Sequence record: SRR2962707_4322
Direction: 5' to 3' (one strand)
DNA length: 32,625 nt
In this document: piece by piece, positions 15,864-24,270 of the stretch
How positions within the stretch are numbered: position 1 is the first letter of the stretch
Layout of the letters: each line of letters begins with the position of its first letter
Translations under genes and position numbers: made by a program
The notes under the pieces: generated by a model
Told to the model about the DNA's origin: nothing
The model's input: the letters and a program-made list of their open reading frames with translations, nothing else
Database searches by the model: none

Positions 15864-18515
15864 TCAAACCTCACTGAGCGCAGCCCATTCTCCCTGTCGC
15901 AGCCTGTCCATGACCGGCGTCAGATCAGCCTTTGAGTTGATCGCCGGGGGCAGATCCTTGGCCGTGCCGGGTGGGCCGACGAAGACCGCGCCGACAATCC
16001 GCCCCTCTTTGACCACAAGGCGCCGATGCGTGTTGCCGGTTTCCTCGGCATCCTGAACGATTTCCGCGTCGTCATCTTCCAAGCGGCCATAGCCTTTCAC
16101 GTCGATGCCGGTCATCTTGAGGCTGACCATGGTGTTGGGAGCTTCGTAAACGGTATCCTGACCGAATAAACCTCTGGCTGCCACCACCGCCTGGGCGGTA
16201 CCGACAGACCAAAGTCCGCCCACATTGCCCGGTAATTCGGCGACGTCGCCCACGGCATAAATGTCAGGGTCGGATGTCTGCATGGTGTTGTTGACGATGA
16301 CGCCCCTGTTGACCTCCAGCCCGATCTTTTCCGCGAGCTGCTTGTTCGCTTCGACACCGGCGCAGACGACGAAGATATCCGCCGGGATCACGTCGCCATT
16401 TGTCAGTTCGATACCCTCGACCTTGCCATTCCCTTTGACGGCCTTGACCGAAGCGCCGGTAATCACCTGGATGCCGAGGTTCTCTAGGAACTGCTCCAGG
16501 AGCTTGCTGCCGCGCTCGTCCAGTTCCCGGTTCATCAATCGATCTGAGCGTTGAATGATGGACGTTTCCAGATTGAGCTGACGCAAGGCATCGGCGGCCT
16601 CTACCCCGAGAACGCCGCCGCCTTGGACAACAGCCCGGACACAGCCCTTTTCCTGGCGCCAGGTGCGGATCGCCTGGGCGTCGGTCGCTTCACGCAGGAC
16701 GAAGCAACCCGGCATGTCATTGCCCTCCGCCGGCGGTTTGGCGGCAGAGGAACCTTGCGCCATGACCAGCTTATCGTAAGCGAGTTGCTCGCCAGTGCCC
16801 AAGGTGACGACCTTGTCAGTCCGGTTCACATCAACGGCCTGGGTATTGAGCCAGAGATCGACGTTCTTCTTTTCGCACCAGTCCGACGCCATCAGATAAA
16901 GCTCGTCCAGACCGCTGCGTCCGTACAGCAGCCGGCCAATCGCCATGCGATTGTAGAAGGGGTAATTCTCACGGGCGACGATGTCGATCTTGCACGAGGG
17001 GCTGAGCCGTCGGATTTCATCCGCAGCCGCCATGCCTGACGCGCCATTGCCGATGATCACCACTTTCTCGATGCCCGTTTCTACGCTCAGATCGACCGCA
17101 TCCGCAGCTGGAGGCGGCTCAGGCAGGTCATTCGGGTCCGTCTCCAGATCGATCGTGACGCCCCCGCCGACGGCCTTGCAAACGCAGGCCAGGCGCGCAC
17201 GCCCTTCCAGCCCCATGCGGCGCAGAGTCGCCAGTTCATCCTCGGTCGGCGGGCTCAGGTTATCCATACCGTCAATGATGGCGATTGCATCCGCCCCGCA
17301 CATGCCCATGCGGCAGCCGAAATCCAGAGTCAGGCTCGCGGACTCGATCCCTTCCAGCAGGCTGCGACCGGGATTGGCAGCGAAGCTCCGGCCGGATGCC
17401 CGATCCGTTACCAGATCGTCCGCAGCAGTGGCGCCGCCGGCGCGGACAGCATCGACTTTGACACCGACCTTCGGCTGGTCGGAACCTTCTTTGAGGGCAC
17501 GGAAGTCTTTCTCAGCCTTTAACCCGTTGTAGATAACGCGCACTGTAACCAGAGCTACCACGGCCTGAAGGGCATAGCCCGCTTGGGCCGGTGCTGTTGC
17601 GCCGACCAGACGGAAGGCGGTGTCGATGATGCCTTGGCTTGTGAACCAGTAGAAGATGTTCAGGGCAGAAAGTGCTGAAATCGCGGCAATCAGATAATCC
17701 GACATCCGAAAGAAAATGCGCACGGCCATATAGATGCCGAGGGTCGTGACGATCCAGCCGCTCATGTGCAGGAAATAGGCAATCAGCCCGGTCTTGGACG
17801 GATCGACGGCGGTGAAAAAGCCGATGGCGAAACCCGGCAAACCGGCGACGAAAAACTTCTTGTGGCCGGCGTACCAGAGGTCTTGATCCGAAAGATCACT
17901 GAGGAAGGCCGCGCGGGGATTGAAATCGTAGCAGTTTTTCTGGCATCCGACGCAGGTCGGACAATAACCGTTTTTGACGGTGACGACCGGTGCGTGGCCA
18001 TAGGCTTTCTGGATCGGCGCCAGCGGACAGAAGGTGCCGCACCAGCCGCTTCTTCCCTTGAACAAAAGGCCCCCAAGGAATGCCAGACCCAAAGCCACGA
18101 GGATCAACAAAGTCCAGGCCAGTGGTTCCTTGTTGAAATATACATGGCGAAGGCTGACCAGAAAAAAGAATGCCAGGACGGAAATGAAATAGGCCAGATT
18201 CTTGGCCTTCACCGGCAGGGTCAGTTCGCGGGAAAACCCGAATGTCCGTGGCAACTGGTTCAGGAAGGCCATCGGACAGATTTGCCGCCAGATGCCGGGT
18301 GCCACGGCGAACACCAGAGGCAGCGACGGGATAAGCAATTTCCAGAAAAGAGCGAAACCAAAATCCGGGTCGGTCCAGACTGCCCAGACAACGAGCAGCA
18401 TGACGCTAAACGTGACCGCGCGGAAACCCCACCAGAACCACTGGGGCAATCGGGACGGCATTTCCAGATAGCTGGGAAAGGGCTTATAGGCAGTGTCATT
18501 CATCGGCTTGTCCAT
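15864..18515 (-). CDS. Multidomain membrane redox protein: polytopic Cys-rich (4Fe-4S-type) domain, 2Fe-2S ferredoxin and FAD/NAD(P)H-dependent reductase
   Basis: Many TM segments with ICPMA, WCGTFCP, CPTCVGCQKNC; ferredoxin GCRMGMCGAD...RLAC; reductase VVIIGNGASG, LAYDKLVMAQGS, VVQGGGVLGVE, QTSDPDIYAVGD. Confidence 0.88.
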   Translation of the reverse strand: MDKPMNDTAYKPFPSYLEMPSRLPQWFWWGFRAVTFSVMLLVVWAVWTDPDFGFALFWKLLIPSLPLVFAVAPGIWRQICPMAFLNQLPRTFGFSRELTLPVKAKNLAYFISVLAFFFLVSLRHVYFNKEPLAWTLLILVALGLAFLGGLLFKGRSGWCGTFCPLAPIQKAYGHAPVVTVKNGYCPTCVGCQKNCYDFNPRAAFLSDLSDQDLWYAGHKKFFVAGLPGFAIGFFTAVDPSKTGLIAYFLHMSGWIVTTLGIYMAVRIFFRMSDYLIAAISALSALNIFYWFTSQGIIDTAFRLVGATAPAQAGYALQAVVALVTVRVIYNGLKAEKDFRALKEGSDQPKVGVKVDAVRAGGATAADDLVTDRASGRSFAANPGRSLLEGIESASLTLDFGCRMGMCGADAIAIIDGMDNLSPPTEDELATLRRMGLEGRARLACVCKAVGGGVTIDLETDPNDLPEPPPAADAVDLSVETGIEKVVIIGNGASGMAAADEIRRLSPSCKIDIVARENYPFYNRMAIGRLLYGRSGLDELYLMASDWCEKKNVDLWLNTQAVDVNRTDKVVTLGTGEQLAYDKLVMAQGSSAAKPPAEGNDMPGCFVLREATDAQAIRTWRQEKGCVRAVVQGGGVLGVEAADALRQLNLETSIIQRSDRLMNRELDERGSKLLEQFLENLGIQVITGASVKAVKGNGKVEGIELTNGDVIPADIFVVCAGVEANKQLAEKIGLEVNRGVIVNNTMQTSDPDIYAVGDVAELPGNVGGLWSVGTAQAVVAARGLFGQDTVYEAPNTMVSLKMTGIDVKGYGRLEDDDAEIVQDAEETGNTHRRLVVKEGRIVGAVFVGPPGTAKDLPPAINSKADLTPVMDRLRQGEWAALSEV

Positions 18516-18545
18516 CAGCTCTTCCAGCCCCTTCCGTAATAGGTA

Positions 18546-19010
18546 TTAGTCGTTGTTTCGTTGCGTGGTCCAGCGCAGCCGCATGGAGAGGATACGGCCT
18601 AGATCAAAGAGCAATGTGCGTGCGATCCGGGGTTCCCATGCGGCAAGGGTTTCAAAATTCTGGCGGGTAATTCTGACGGCGTTTCCCTGGCTGCGGGCGC
18701 GTATCGTGGCACTCCGCGGCAAACCGTCGAAGAAAGCGATCTCACCGAACACGGAGCCTTCGGAAATGCTGGCCAGTACCGACTCGGTGCCGTTTGCTTC
18801 GATCACCACATCAACCTGGCCGCTGGTCAGGATATAAAAGGAATCGTCTTTTTCACCAGCCCGGATCAAGTCGTCATTCGCCTTGAACTGGCGGGTCTCG
18901 ACGATGTTCAGAACTCGGCCCCAATCCTCTTTGGACAGGTCTCCAAGCAGTATGATCTCTGAAAGTTCCGATGGCGCCACGGACGTGTCGGCATAGTCGA
19001 ACAATCCCAT
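18546..19010 (-). CDS. Stand-alone cyclic-nucleotide-binding domain protein
   Basis: LIRAGEKDDSFYILTSGQVDV, phosphate-binding cassette FGEIAFFDGLPRSATIRA, ends after the C-helix with no HTH; ATG 19010 follows AAGGGGGG. Confidence 0.92.
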   Translation of the reverse strand: MGLFDYADTSVAPSELSEIILLGDLSKEDWGRVLNIVETRQFKANDDLIRAGEKDDSFYILTSGQVDVVIEANGTESVLASISEGSVFGEIAFFDGLPRSATIRARSQGNAVRITRQNFETLAAWEPRIARTLLFDLGRILSMRLRWTTQRNND

Positions 19011-19200
19011 AGTTTCCCCCCTTAAAGACGCTCGCCGTGCCAAAGCCGGACGCTGCCTGAATTTAAACTTTCAAGCTGATTATTATATTATTTATCTGGG
19101 ATAATCGTCAGTAGCAATACAGTCGATTAACACAACCAGCATTGGGGGCTGGGCGGCTGCGGCGCTGATATCTTCGCCGGTTTCATATCCTTTGGTGTGA

Positions 19201-21141
19201 TTAAATGCCCGGCCCCGGCTGCGGATGGCGCAGGTAGGTATAGCTGTCCAGACACGACTCATAGAAGTCGACGAGTTTTACCCCGTCACGTGACCGCAGC
19301 TGTCCGCCCGCAACGGTGGCATCGATCATGGCTTTCACCCGTTTCGCCATGGCGTCCGGACTGTACTGCATGATCGACAGCACCTGTCCCGCTGACGTTC
19401 CTGTGACATATTCCTCGATATAGAAGCCGCTGGCGTCGTTCGGGTCGGCAAAAATATGCGCTTCGTTCAGGCGGCCGAACAGGTTGTGCATGTCCCCCAT
19501 GACGTCCTGATATGCGCCGGTGAGAAACAGGCCGATGTAGTAATTCTCTCCCGGTGACAGGGTATGCAGGGGCAGGGAGTCCCGGTTGCCCACATCGCCG
19601 ATGAAGCGTGTGATCTTGCCGTCACTGTCACAGGTGATGTCCGCCAGGGTGCAGTTGCGCGTGGGTTCCTCGTTCAGCCGGGCCAGCGGTGCGACCGGCA
19701 GCACCTGCTCGATCGCCCAGCTGTCGGCGGCAGACTGAAACAGTGAAAAGTTACACAGATACTGCGAGGTCAGTATGCCTTTCACATCATGCAACTGTTC
19801 CGGCACGAAGTCCTCGGTCTTAATGCCGCCGGCGACGGCCCGCATGAGTTGCCAATACAGGCTTTCCCCGCGGGCCAGTTCCTCGAGCCGCAACACGCCG
19901 AGCTTGAAGCCGTGCAGGATGTCGTCCATCAGGACCACCGCTTCGTTATAGACATCCTGATAGTTTTTGTCGGATTTCAGGTCGTCCAGCAGATCGCGCA
20001 TGTTGGTGACCAGGATGTGTTCGCCGTCCACCGGCGCGGTATCGATGGGATTGGAATCGTTGGTGATTTCACCAAGCACCCGCATGACCACGCAGGAGTG
20101 ATGCGCGGTGATGGCACGTCCGCTTTCGCTGACCAGAACCGGCTCTGCGACCTCTTCCTGTTCGCACATCTGTTTCACCGCAAAGACCACGCCGCGGGCG
20201 TAATCGGCCATGGTGTAGTTCATCGATGAATGGCCGCTGGACCGCGTGCCGTCATAATCGACGGCAAGCCCGCCGCCGATATCCAGGTATTGCAGCGGCA
20301 CGCCCCGCTTCACCAGACGGGCGTAGATACGCGCCGCTTCCTGCACGGCGTCACGCACGAACCGGATGTCGGACAGCTGGCTACCGGCGTGGAAATGCAG
20401 CAACTGGATCGTGTCCGCGTATCCGCGTTCCTGGATCAGCTTCACGGCATTGAGGATTTCGGAAATGGTCAGCCCGAATTTGGCGCGCGAGCCGCTGGAC
20501 TCGCTCCAGCGACCCTCGGCCTTGGCCCGCATCTTGACGCGCAACCCGATGATCGGCGTCACCTGCATTTCATCGGCGAGATTGAGCAACGGTGCGATCT
20601 CGCTGAATTTTTCGATGACCACCACGACCTTGCGTCCGAGCTTGCGCCCGAGCAGCGCCAGACGCAGGAAATCCTCGTCCTTGTAGCCGTTACAGATGGT
20701 CAGGGCCTCGGGGCCGGTGTCATACGACAGGACCGCCAGCAGTTCCGGTTTCGAACCCGCTTCCAGGCCGTAATGATAGGGAAGCCCGGCTTCGACGATC
20801 TCGTCCACCACTTCGCGCATCTGGTTGACCTTGATCGGATAGACGCCCCGGTAGGGGGCGCCGTAATTCATTTCCTCGATGGCATTGGAGAAGGCCAGGT
20901 TCAACTGGCTGACCCGGTTCCGCAGGATGTCATGGAAGCGCATCACGACGGGGAACTGGACGTTCTTTTCACGCAATTCCACAACGACATCGGCCAGAGC
21001 GATGGAGACATCCTTGTCATCGACGGTCGGCAGGATGCGCAAAAGCCCATCGTCCCCAACCCCGAAATAACCGTCGCTCCAGCGCTGAATCCGATACAGT
21101 TCCTCAGCGTTCTCCGAACTCCAACCCGTCATATATGGCAT
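19201..21141 (-). CDS. speA: Biosynthetic arginine decarboxylase
   Basis: YPIKVNQ (PLP Lys), GLEAGSKPEL, ICNGYKD, AKFGL, LLHFHAGSQ, DIGGGLAVDYDG, SESGRAITAHH, DITCDSDG, GAYQDVMGDMHNLFG; SD spacing favours ATG 21132. Confidence 0.96.
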   Translation of the reverse strand: MPYMTGWSSENAEELYRIQRWSDGYFGVGDDGLLRILPTVDDKDVSIALADVVVELREKNVQFPVVMRFHDILRNRVSQLNLAFSNAIEEMNYGAPYRGVYPIKVNQMREVVDEIVEAGLPYHYGLEAGSKPELLAVLSYDTGPEALTICNGYKDEDFLRLALLGRKLGRKVVVVIEKFSEIAPLLNLADEMQVTPIIGLRVKMRAKAEGRWSESSGSRAKFGLTISEILNAVKLIQERGYADTIQLLHFHAGSQLSDIRFVRDAVQEAARIYARLVKRGVPLQYLDIGGGLAVDYDGTRSSGHSSMNYTMADYARGVVFAVKQMCEQEEVAEPVLVSESGRAITAHHSCVVMRVLGEITNDSNPIDTAPVDGEHILVTNMRDLLDDLKSDKNYQDVYNEAVVLMDDILHGFKLGVLRLEELARGESLYWQLMRAVAGGIKTEDFVPEQLHDVKGILTSQYLCNFSLFQSAADSWAIEQVLPVAPLARLNEEPTRNCTLADITCDSDGKITRFIGDVGNRDSLPLHTLSPGENYYIGLFLTGAYQDVMGDMHNLFGRLNEAHIFADPNDASGFYIEEYVTGTSAGQVLSIMQYSPDAMAKRVKAMIDATVAGGQLRSRDGVKLVDFYESCLDSYTYLRHPQPGPGI

Positions 21142-21237
21142 CTCCTTTTCCAGGGCTCTTTATACGCATGCACATTGTGTGAATGCTAGCTGCATGCAAT
21201 AACCGAACAGAGAAATTTGCATGATCGGGTGCTTCTG

Positions 21238-22215
21238 ATGGGCAGTGGTGACGACGGTGATCAGGCGTTTCGCAAGGATTCCTTGCTTGGACGCGCGGCG
21301 GAAATGACCTACGCCGGGGCGTTGAGTTTTCTGCGTCGCCGCTATAGCCGGGATTTAACCGGCGCGGACGTTGCCGTCAGCGGCATTCCCTACGACGGCG
21401 CCGTGACATACCGCCCGGGCGCCCGGCTCGGGCCGCGTGCGATCCGCGCCGCATCGGTGCAACTGGCCGAACTAAAAGCATTCCCCTTCGGCTTCGATCC
21501 ATTCGAGACACTGGGTGTTGTCGACATGGGGGATTGCTTCATCGACCCGCATCACCCCGAGACGGTCGTCGATACGATCACGGATCACATCGCCGGCATT
21601 CTGGCGGCAGGCGCGATACCGCTCAGTTTCGGCGGAGACCATTTCGTGACCTATCCGATTTTACGCGCCATCGCCAGCAAGCATGGTGCGGTATCGCTGC
21701 TGCATTTCGATGCCCACTGCGATACCTGGGATGACGACGGGAAACGCTTCGATCACGGCTCGATGTTTCTGCGGGCGAAAAACGAAGGGCTGATCGATGT
21801 CGCGCGCTCGGTTCAGGTCGGTATTCGCACCCATAACGATTCCGATCATGGATTTGAAATCCTGACCGCGCCCTGGGTGCACCGCCATGGGATTGATGCC
21901 ACCATCGATGCCGTGCGTGCACGTGTCGGCGAAGGGCCCGTCTATCTGACCTTTGATATCGATTGTCTGGACCCGGCCTTTGCGCCCGGGACCGGGACCC
22001 CGGTGGCCGGTGGATTGTCGTCGGCACAGGCACTGGGAATTGTGCAGGGGTTGAGCGGGCTTGATCTGGTCGGCGCCGACGTGGTGGAAGTCGCGCCTGC
22101 CTATGACGTTTCGGAAATCACGGCCATCGCGGCGGCGACAATCGCACATGACATCCTTTGTCTGCTGGCGCTCCGGAAGGGTGCGAAACCAAGCCCGACA
22201 GGCCGCCAGGACTGA
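21238..22215 (+). CDS. speB: Agmatinase (ureohydrolase family)
   Basis: RPGARLGPRAIRAAS, GGDHF, HFDAHCD, DHGSMF, TFDIDCLDPAFAPGTGTP, DVVEVAP; adjacent to speA. ORF track start is TTG 21217; ATG 21238 is more likely. Confidence 0.92.
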   Translation: MGSGDDGDQAFRKDSLLGRAAEMTYAGALSFLRRRYSRDLTGADVAVSGIPYDGAVTYRPGARLGPRAIRAASVQLAELKAFPFGFDPFETLGVVDMGDCFIDPHHPETVVDTITDHIAGILAAGAIPLSFGGDHFVTYPILRAIASKHGAVSLLHFDAHCDTWDDDGKRFDHGSMFLRAKNEGLIDVARSVQVGIRTHNDSDHGFEILTAPWVHRHGIDATIDAVRARVGEGPVYLTFDIDCLDPAFAPGTGTPVAGGLSSAQALGIVQGLSGLDLVGADVVEVAPAYDVSEITAIAAATIAHDILCLLALRKGAKPSPTGRQD

Positions 22216-22230
22216 TCTTTAAGTTCCAAG

Positions 22231-22259
22231 CCCCGGCGTTTGCCCTGTCCGCGCCGGGG
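22231..22259 (+). terminator. Candidate terminator hairpin after speB
   Basis: CCCCGGCG-N13-CGCCGGGG followed by AT-rich sequence. Confidence 0.45.
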
Positions 22260-22346
22260 ATAACGGTTTATTCTTATATATCTGCGGCATTTATCCGCTA
22301 GTCTTCTGAACACGAAACCCGCCGAAGATCATAAGAGAGAGCCATC

Positions 22347-23252
22347 TTGAAGAATACCGACGCCAACCTCCCGCAATTCGTCTGGCGGTCGCTGCTGTAC
22401 GTGCCGGCCAATAACGAGAAATTCATCGCCAAGGCCCATACCCGTGGTGCCGACGCCCTGATCCTCGATCTGGAAGACAGCGTTCCCGAACACGAACGCC
22501 AGCGCGCCCGCGATATGCTCGCCGACAGCATCAAATCCGTGACGCAGTCAGGGGCGGATGCAACCGTCCGCATCAACAGGCCGTTGCGCCATATGGTCAA
22601 GGACGTGGAAGCCGCGGTGCACGCCGGGGCTTCGGCGCTGTTCGTGACCAAGGTTGACGGGCCGGGACATCTGCAGCTTGTCGCGGAACTGGTCGGCGAA
22701 GTTGAACAGGAAGCCGGTCGTGCGCCGGGATCGGTCCGTCTGATCCCGATGATCGAAAGCGCCGATGCCTATTTTTCGGCCCATGCGATTGCCCATGCTA
22801 CGCCCCGCAATTTCGGCATGAACCTGGGGGGTGAGGATTTTGCCCTGGATGTCGGCCTGACGCCGGATACGGATACCCTGATGGTTCCCAAGCAGACCAT
22901 CATGATCGCCGCTCGTTCGGCGGGGCTTGCCCCGCTGGGCTTCATCGGCACGGTGGCGGATTATACGGATACGGACGCTTTTGGTGAGACGGTGCGCCGC
23001 TCGCGCAAATTCGGATTTGAGGCGGCGAGCGTCATTCACCCGTCCGGCGTGCCGGTGCTGAACACGTACTTCACCCCTGAAGCGGCCGAAGTCGACCATG
23101 CGCGGCGTGTGGTGGAAGCTTACGCCGAAGCCGAAAAGCAGGGACTGGGTGCGATCACCGTTGACGGTAAGATGATCGATGTGCCGGTGGTGATCCGTGC
23201 CGAACGCCTGTTGGCGCGAGCCGACGCCATTCAGAGCAAAACCAAGAGCTGA
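22347..23252 (+). CDS. CitE-like / HpcH-HpaI family CoA-ester lyase (citryl-/citramalyl-/malyl-CoA lyase-like)
   Basis: RSLLYVPAN, GADALILDLEDSV, VRIN, PMIES, GGEDF, GFEAASVIHP, GAITVDGKMIDVPV. Confidence 0.92.
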   Translation: MKNTDANLPQFVWRSLLYVPANNEKFIAKAHTRGADALILDLEDSVPEHERQRARDMLADSIKSVTQSGADATVRINRPLRHMVKDVEAAVHAGASALFVTKVDGPGHLQLVAELVGEVEQEAGRAPGSVRLIPMIESADAYFSAHAIAHATPRNFGMNLGGEDFALDVGLTPDTDTLMVPKQTIMIAARSAGLAPLGFIGTVADYTDTDAFGETVRRSRKFGFEAASVIHPSGVPVLNTYFTPEAAEVDHARRVVEAYAEAEKQGLGAITVDGKMIDVPVVIRAERLLARADAIQSKTKS

Positions 23253-23375
23253 ACAGAACGCCCGCTATAACGCCCGCGCCGTCGCAATAGACCGGCCGAA
23301 ATTTCTGATATAAGACGTATAAGCAACGAAAAGACGGGTCAGCGCCCGCAGAATTTGACAAGAGGAACACCAGAG

Positions 23376-24260
23376 ATGCCCCTAAAAACCCGCCCCCTGA
23401 AAGACACCTTCGGTTTAGAAGTGCAGGATGTCGATCTTTCCGACCTTGATGACGCCACGTTCGATGAAATCTACAAGCTGTGGCAGCAGGAACCGCTTCT
23501 GCTGTTCAGGCGCCAGAGCCTGAGTGAGCGGCAACAGGTCGAATACAGCAAGCGGTTCGGCGATCTGGACGTTCTGGTGCGTGACGACATGCTGTCGCCG
23601 AAGCATCCGGAGATCATTTACATTACCGCATTGAAGCGCCCCGACGGGACGCCGCTTGGCGGTCTCGGCAATTATGAAATCTACTGGCATCACGATCAGA
23701 TATACCGCCAGCGTCCGGCCAGCGGTTCGATATTCTATGCCGTCGAAATGCCCGAAAACGACGGGTTCACGTCCTATTGCAATACGAAGCTCGGCTATGA
23801 GTCGCTGCCGGATAATCTGCGTAAGCAGCTTGAAGGCCGCCGCGCCACGGCCAAATACGGCATGAAAACCGAATCCTCGACGCAACGCGATTTCAAGCAG
23901 GATCCGGAAACCCTGAAAAAGATCCACGACAAGACCCCGCCGGCGACCCACGACATTATCCTGGAAAATCCGGCGACCGGTCAGAAATCGATCTATCTGG
24001 ACCCGAACAAGACATTGGAGATCGAAGGTCTGAGCGAGGAAGAAAGCCGCGAACTGATCGATGCCGTCAGCAGCCACATGCTGCGTGATGAATTCGTCTA
24101 TCAGCATTCATGGCGCAACGGCGACGTGGTGATGTGGGATAACGCGCGGCTGTGGCACCGTCGTGAGAAATTCGATCCGATGATGCCGCGCTTTGCCCGC
24201 CGGACGACGATTTTCCTGCGGCCCGAGGACTTTGCGGTTCCCGAACCGGACGCGGCGTAA
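23376..24260 (+). CDS. TauD/TfdA family Fe(II)/2-oxoglutarate dioxygenase
   Basis: FGLEVQDVDL, LLLFRRQSL, WHHDQ (HxD), NPATGQKSIYL, HSWRNGDVVMWDNARLWHRR...RRTT; ATG 23376 after GAGGA. Confidence 0.92.
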   Translation: MPLKTRPLKDTFGLEVQDVDLSDLDDATFDEIYKLWQQEPLLLFRRQSLSERQQVEYSKRFGDLDVLVRDDMLSPKHPEIIYITALKRPDGTPLGGLGNYEIYWHHDQIYRQRPASGSIFYAVEMPENDGFTSYCNTKLGYESLPDNLRKQLEGRRATAKYGMKTESSTQRDFKQDPETLKKIHDKTPPATHDIILENPATGQKSIYLDPNKTLEIEGLSEEESRELIDAVSSHMLRDEFVYQHSWRNGDVVMWDNARLWHRREKFDPMMPRFARRTTIFLRPEDFAVPEPDAA

Positions 24261-24270
24261 GGGCGCCCAA

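Noticed and set aside
15864-18515. Calling this nitrite reductase NirB
   Set aside because: Only the FAD/NAD(P)H module is shared; no siroheme domain, and there is a membrane N-terminus
19027-19043. Sigma-54-like TGGCACG on the minus strand upstream of the cNMP gene
   Set aside because: The -12 position reads GT rather than GC, and the site is very close to the SD
20230-21189. 319-aa plus-strand ORF, and similar long ORFs at 8245-8997, 12513-13328, 13353-14132, 17766-18539, 23415-24107 and 26413-27375
   Set aside because: Antisense shadows of well-supported genes; expected in GC-rich coding DNA and without recognisable motifs
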